A stretch of 64,000 nucleotides of DNA, taken from a bacterium (GTDB taxonomy: Bacteria > UBA8248). The position numbers and the translations under genes are program-made. The stretch is from NCBI GenBank assembly GCA_965204535.1, contig CBDBEV010000001.1, positions 1,600,001 to 1,664,000 of the forward strand. Direction: 5' to 3'. Of this stretch, positions 59,114-64,000 are shown in pieces (the stretch's first letter is position 1; every line of letters begins with the position of its first letter). Below the pieces are notes generated by a model, which was not told the origin of the DNA, searched no databases, and saw nothing but the letters and a program-made list of their open reading frames with translations.

Positions 59114-59656
59114 TCAACTCGTAATCAACGTATTCCTTAAATTGCGCAACTGGTTCTTGATGCTGCCGTCCATGACGACGCCGCCCACGCGGCAGACCAA
59201 TCCGCCAATCAGCGTCTCGTCCGTCTCCACCTCCATGAGTACCTCGCTGCCCGTAATCTCGGAGAGCTTCGCCCGCAGCCCTTCGATGGCCTCTGCGTCC
59301 ATGTCATAAGCCGTCTTCACCTGGGCGCGAACACGCCCGCGCCTCTCGTCCGCAAGCTGCTGGTAGCTGTGCGCCATATCGGAGAGTTCGCCGATGCGAT
59401 CCTTTTCGGCCACCACTCGCACGAAATTACGCAACAACTCGTTCGCGCCCGATGCGGCCATGATCTCATCGATTATCTTCACCCGTTCGGCGCGCGCGAA
59501 TCGCGGGTTGAGCAAAACGCGCCGCAACTCCTGGTTTCCCTGAAACTCGCCCGCTATCTCCGTAAGCGCTTCACCGGTCTCGTCCAGAACGCCGCGGCTC
59601 TCGGCGATATCCACCAATGCCCGCGCGTAGCGGCGCGCCGCCTCGCCTCCAATCAC
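59114..59656 (-). CDS. atpH: ATP synthase delta subunit
   Basis: ARRYARAL, LIGG...VG..V.DGS. Confidence 0.93.
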   Translation of the reverse strand: MIGGEAARRYARALVDIAESRGVLDETGEALTEIAGEFQGNQELRRVLLNPRFARAERVKIIDEIMAASGANELLRNFVRVVAEKDRIGELSDMAHSYQQLADERRGRVRAQVKTAYDMDAEAIEGLRAKLSEITGSEVLMEVETDETLIGGLVCRVGGVVMDGSIKNQLRNLRNTLITS

Positions 59657-60255
59657 AGCGACCCTCCGTTTCTATCGTCGAGCCCGGCAAGATAATTCTC
59701 GACGAATCTTTCCTGATCCGCCTCGCCCAGCTCTTTTTTCAGCATCTCCTCGGCCAGGCCCAACGCCAGACTCGCCGCCTGATTCTGAAGTTCCGCGCGC
59801 GCCTTGGAAGCCTCGAGCTCGATGGTCGTTCTCGTCTGCTCCAGCAAGCGCTGGGCCTGATTCTCCTGTTCTTCTTCAAGTCTTTCGCGCATCGCGGCGC
59901 GCTCTTTTCCGCCCTGCTCGCGAACGCGCACGAATTCGGCTTCCAGGTCGGCCACCTTGGAACGTTGCTCGGCGAGCTCTTTTTCCGCTTCCTTGCGGGC
60001 CGCCTCGGAATCCTCGAGCGCCTTGCGAATCCCCTCTCTTCTGTCCTTCAGGAAGTTCCTGATGGGGTGATATGCGACTTTATAGAGAATGCCCACGACG
60101 ATGAGCGTGTTGATGAGCTTGAAGAGTTCTTCGGTAAAACTGAACGCCTTATGATGTGCGCCGGCCTCTGCGGCCCAGACCCATTCTGCTGAAAGCAGAG
60201 CCGCCGCCAGAACCAGGAGGCCCGAAAGGCTGCTGAATTTTTTCTCTGAAAACAC
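59653..60255 (-). CDS. atpF: ATP synthase F0 subunit b
   Basis: TM helix plus charged coiled coil; operon position. Confidence 0.88.
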   Translation of the reverse strand: MFSEKKFSSLSGLLVLAAALLSAEWVWAAEAGAHHKAFSFTEELFKLINTLIVVGILYKVAYHPIRNFLKDRREGIRKALEDSEAARKEAEKELAEQRSKVADLEAEFVRVREQGGKERAAMRERLEEEQENQAQRLLEQTRTTIELEASKARAELQNQAASLALGLAEEMLKKELGEADQERFVENYLAGLDDRNGGSL

Positions 60256-60270
60256 GGCTTGTCGAATCCT

Positions 60271-60849
60271 CTATGCGATACTGCGGCCCGCAAGCCTTGT
60301 GGCGATTTCACTCGCCAATCGGCTGGCGCCACCCTCCAGTTCGGAGGCCGCCTGTTTCGCCTGTGCCGCGATGGACTGGCGCGTTTCCTCGATCTCACGG
60401 CCCGTCCTCTCTCGAATCTCATCGAGGCGATTGCGTGTCGCCTCGGTCATCTCCTGCTGGAGCGCGATGAGGGCTTCGGTGTTCTCGCGCTGAATCTCCG
60501 CCAAGGCGTCCTCATACTGGCTGATGTAACCCGCCGCCTCGCTTCGGTCACGCTCGGCGGTCTTGAGGTCGCCGGTGATCTGCGCGTCGCGCGATTCCAT
60601 GTGGTTTAGCAGGGGTTTGATGAGGATTTTGTTGAGAACGATCAGCAGGATCAGAAAATTGGCCCATTGAATCAGGATAACGACCGGGTTGATGACAAGG
60701 GCGCCGCTACCCACGTTGAAACTTGCGAGCCAGGCGCCGAAGCCGCTGGTGGGTGCGCTCGCCGCCCATGATATGGACGGGGCGGCCAGAAGCATGAGAA
60801 TCGGCGTCAGACCGAAAGCGAATCGTTTCAAACGGAAAAGACGGACCAT
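60271..60849 (-). CDS. ATP synthase F0 subunit b'
   Basis: QWANFLILLIVLNKILIKP then coiled coil; first gene of the operon. Confidence 0.85.
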   Translation of the reverse strand: MVRLFRLKRFAFGLTPILMLLAAPSISWAASAPTSGFGAWLASFNVGSGALVINPVVILIQWANFLILLIVLNKILIKPLLNHMESRDAQITGDLKTAERDRSEAAGYISQYEDALAEIQRENTEALIALQQEMTEATRNRLDEIRERTGREIEETRQSIAAQAKQAASELEGGASRLASEIATRLAGRSIA

Positions 60850-61172
60850 CGTTTCCTCTGCATCCTGCCCCCTGCCGGGCGCAAACCCACCCCCATGAGG
60901 TCAGGCGCTTCCACGAAAACCGTCGGGGAATGGCATATGAATTCGTATGGTTTTCAGGAGCATATCTAAATGTCCTGCCCCGAAAAACGCCTAAAACTAC
61001 CCACAGCCATGGCCGAAGTCAAGCCCCGGAAGTATTTTTTACAACTTCCTGGATTCAGGAGATTTGCTCTTGGGTCTTCGTGCGCTTCGCCTCCCCTCGC
61101 GGGGAGGATTTGTGTTATTTTCCGGGCAATCTGATAACTCACGTATCGCTTGCCTCATTCATGGAGAGAGCA

Positions 61173-62165
61173 ATGAAACTAGTAACTTTCGAGATCAGCA
61201 CCCCACTCGGAAGCATCTGCCGCGTCGGCGCTCTGTCTCAGGGTACCGACGGGCAAATCGCCATGGACCTCGCTCACGGCTACGCCGCGCTTCTTCAGGA
61301 ACAAGGCGAGGAACCGCGTTTCCGGGAATACGCAGACTTCAGGCTTCCCCAGGACATGTGCGAATTGATGGCGGGTGGGGAACCATCCCTGCAGGCCGCC
61401 CGGTCGGCGCAGGAATTCATCCTCGCCGACACCGCGAGACGCGGACCGGGCGGTGAGCAACTCGTTTTCTCTCTTAAAGAGATTCGTTTGCGCGCTCCGG
61501 TGCCCCGGCCCGTCACGTTTCGCGATTTTCTTATCCACGAAGGCCATAAAGCCGCTGGTGCGCGGCGGCGGAACACCACCATCGACCCCATCTGGTACGA
61601 GCTTCCCTCCTGCTACAAGGGAAACCGCCTGACCATCATCGGCCCGGATGATGAACTCAAATGGCCGCACTACACCGAAAAACTCGACTATGAACTCGAG
61701 CTCGCCATGTTCATCGGAAAGCGCGGCAAGGACATCACACAGGAAAACGCCATGGATCACGTTTTCGGCTACAGCGTGATGAACGACTTCAGCGCGCGCG
61801 ACATCCAGATCAGTGAGATGAAGAACTGGCTGGGACCCCACAAGGGGAAGGACTTCGGAACGGCGATCGGCCCGTGCGTCGTCACGGCGGATGAATTCGA
61901 CCCCACCGACGCAGTGATGATAGCCCGCGTCAACGGCGAGGAATGGAGCCGCGGCAACGCGGGCGACGCCTACTACTCCTGGCCCAGGATGATCGAGTAC
62001 GCCTCCATGGAGGAAGAACTCGTGCCGGGCGAAATGTTCGGCTCGGGCACCGTGGCCACCGGCTGCGGGGCGGACCTCGACAGATGGATAAAACCCGGCG
62101 ACGTCATCGAACTCGAAATCGAGGGTATCGGGGTTCTCAAAAACAAGATTGCGAGAGAGGCTTAA
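61173..62165 (+). CDS. Fumarylacetoacetate hydrolase family protein
   Basis: RDFL..E.H, YKGN, LDYELE, NDFSARD.Q, KGKDF, GSGTV. Confidence 0.9.
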   Translation: MKLVTFEISTPLGSICRVGALSQGTDGQIAMDLAHGYAALLQEQGEEPRFREYADFRLPQDMCELMAGGEPSLQAARSAQEFILADTARRGPGGEQLVFSLKEIRLRAPVPRPVTFRDFLIHEGHKAAGARRRNTTIDPIWYELPSCYKGNRLTIIGPDDELKWPHYTEKLDYELELAMFIGKRGKDITQENAMDHVFGYSVMNDFSARDIQISEMKNWLGPHKGKDFGTAIGPCVVTADEFDPTDAVMIARVNGEEWSRGNAGDAYYSWPRMIEYASMEEELVPGEMFGSGTVATGCGADLDRWIKPGDVIELEIEGIGVLKNKIAREA

Positions 62166-62689
62166 AGAGCGGGCGGCCATTCGCTCAGTTCTAATTCCCC
62201 GTTCCACATGAGGCCGTGCCGGGGATGGCCGAGCTTGGTCGGAGCACCGAGGGCGCGAACGCGGACGCCTTCGAGCAGGTGCGAAACCTCGGCGATTCTC
62301 CTCTCGTATTTCTGGGAGTCGACGCCGTTCGGATTCCCCCAGGCGACAAGCACCACGTCCGCGCCTTCGAGGCTCCGCGTAATCCACGCATCGTTATCCC
62401 GCCCCACCATCACCCGGTAAGAGTGGCCATTCAACTCTTCGGGATAAGGGGAGCGCAGCGCGAAGAGGTTCACGTAGCGGATGAGATCGAAGCGGTTCCT
62501 GCGCGCCCAGGCTTCGACTTTCCCCACGGTGGGGTCGCTGCTCTCCGCAGACGCTGTGGAGGGATTCTTGAGGATAACGGTGAGCGTCCGCGCCTGCTCC
62601 TCCGCAATCCGCACCTCGAGAAAATAGCGGTACCGTCCGTACGCCCAAGGCGCGCATTCGGTGACTTCCCTCACCTTTTTCGGCGGCAT
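62162..62689 (-). CDS. DUF1643-like protein
   Basis: YRY.L, NPSTA....SDPT, VNLFALRS..P, ND, AWG, GHPRH. Confidence 0.8.
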   Translation of the reverse strand: MPPKKVREVTECAPWAYGRYRYFLEVRIAEEQARTLTVILKNPSTASAESSDPTVGKVEAWARRNRFDLIRYVNLFALRSPYPEELNGHSYRVMVGRDNDAWITRSLEGADVVLVAWGNPNGVDSQKYERRIAEVSHLLEGVRVRALGAPTKLGHPRHGLMWNGELELSEWPPAL

Positions 62690-62753
62690 GCTTTTCCTTC
62701 CAGCGAAAAGAGAAATACAATGCCCGCCCAGCCATACAGGAGAAAGGACGGCC

Positions 62754-63530
62754 ATGCCATACGAAAACGTATTATATGAAGTCGAGGGGCCCCTCGCCCT
62801 CATCACCATCAACCGCCCCGATCGGCATAATGCCATATCCCTCGCCACGCTGGACGCTCTCCACGCCGCCATCGCCGAAGCGGCCGATGACGAAGCAGTC
62901 CGCGTCATCGTCATCACCGGGGCGGGAGAGAAGGCGTTCGCCTCGGGTTCCGATCTCAAGGAAGTCGAACACCGAAACCTCGCCATTGCGCTCACCCCGC
63001 TGGTGCAGGGCGTGGCGGAGCGCCTGGAGAGAACGCCCAAGGCGACGATTGCCGCGATCAACGGCTACTGCATGGGCGGGGGTCTGGAGGTGGCGCTCGG
63101 CTGTGATTTGCGGGTCGCGACGCCTCAGTCGAAATTCGCCACGCCGGAGGGGAGAATCGGCATCATCCCGGGCGGGGGCGCCACGCAGCGCCTGCCCCGC
63201 CTCATCGGGCGCGCCTGGGCGATGGAAATGCTCCTGATGGGGGAGACTATCGACGCCGAGCGGGCGCTGGAGATCGGCCTCATCACACGGCTGGTCGAGG
63301 CGGAAGAGCTCATGCCCACCGTGAAGAAGATGGCCGATAAGCTGGCGGCCTATGCGCCTTTCGTGCCCCAGTTCATGAAGGCGATGGTGCATTACGGCAT
63401 GGAGGGCAGCATGACGGCGGGTCTGGCGCTCGAGAAATTCGCCCAGGGAGCGCTCTGCGAAACCGAGGATAAGGCGGAGGGTCTGCGCGCCTTCCTTGAG
63501 AAGAGAAAACCCGAATGGAAGGGCCGATGA
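62754..63530 (+). CDS. Enoyl-CoA hydratase/isomerase
   Basis: INRPDRHNA, AINGYCMGGGLE, PEGRIGIIPGGGATQRL. Confidence 0.9.
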   Translation: MPYENVLYEVEGPLALITINRPDRHNAISLATLDALHAAIAEAADDEAVRVIVITGAGEKAFASGSDLKEVEHRNLAIALTPLVQGVAERLERTPKATIAAINGYCMGGGLEVALGCDLRVATPQSKFATPEGRIGIIPGGGATQRLPRLIGRAWAMEMLLMGETIDAERALEIGLITRLVEAEELMPTVKKMADKLAAYAPFVPQFMKAMVHYGMEGSMTAGLALEKFAQGALCETEDKAEGLRAFLEKRKPEWKGR

Positions 63531-63531
63531 G

Positions 63532-63954
63532 TTGAGCCTCGAAGTCGCAGGCGTCCTGGAAACGTGCATCTACGCTGAAGATCTTGAAGCGGCGGAGGCG
63601 TTCTACCGCTCCGTTCTGGGGCTGGAGGCGTTTCAGAGAGCGCCCGGCCGCCACGTTTTCTTTCGCTGCGGGCCGCATGCGGTTTTCCTCGTCTTCAACC
63701 CCGAAGCGACCGCCCGGCCCGACGTGAATCTCGGCGTGCCGACGCACGGCGCGGCGGGGCCGGGGCACGTGACGTTCTCCATTCGTGAGGCCGAGATGGC
63801 CTCCTGGCGGGAGCGGCTGGCGGAACAGGGGGTAGGCATCGAGCAGGAGGTCAACTGGCCCGGCGGCGGACGCTCCATCTATTTCAGGGACCCGGCGGGG
63901 AACAGCGTGGAGCTCGCATCCCCTCGCATCTGGCGGCTGCCCGAGCCGACCTGA
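63532..63954 (+). CDS. VOC/glyoxalase family protein
   Basis: VLETCIYAEDL, HGAAGPGHV.F, GRSIYFRDPAGNSVEL; TTG start inferred. Confidence 0.85.
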   Translation: MSLEVAGVLETCIYAEDLEAAEAFYRSVLGLEAFQRAPGRHVFFRCGPHAVFLVFNPEATARPDVNLGVPTHGAAGPGHVTFSIREAEMASWRERLAEQGVGIEQEVNWPGGGRSIYFRDPAGNSVELASPRIWRLPEPT

Positions 63955-64000
63955 CTTTCAAGTCATTGTAAATACTTTCGTTTCGCGTTCGATCTCCCGA

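Overview
A 64-kb bacterial chromosomal window, mostly high-GC. The split atpF'FHAGDC operon without atpBE fits a Deltaproteobacteria/Nitrospinota-like lineage (inference). It is dominated by catabolic and uptake genes: CoA transferases, crotonases including an HmfE-like protein, an acyl-CoA ligase, FAH and VOC proteins, three DHPONH/FrsA-like hydrolase paralogs, two tandem ThDP E1 alpha/beta pairs, an amidohydrolase-Rieske pair and ABC transporters. Less obvious elements: (i) a stand-alone GrdB/PrdB-family selenoprotein split in the ORF track by an in-frame UGA (U-G-L-C) with a SECIS-like hairpin; (ii) a type II Zorya defence locus (zorABE) that appears to have displaced the toxin of a higBA module; (iii) a REP-flanked FitA-antitoxin + DUF429 cassette; (iv) an IS1182 element and at least six nested non-autonomous elements that share its ends and carry two palindromic repeat families; (v) a ~2-kb tandem duplication with fossil gene stubs at a 10-bp microhomology junction; (vi) a long structured 5' leader before a Tat-exported ABC binding protein. 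The first ~6.7 kb is visibly lower in GC. No rRNA, tRNA or CRISPR array was recognised. Family calls come from motif recognition, not database searches.
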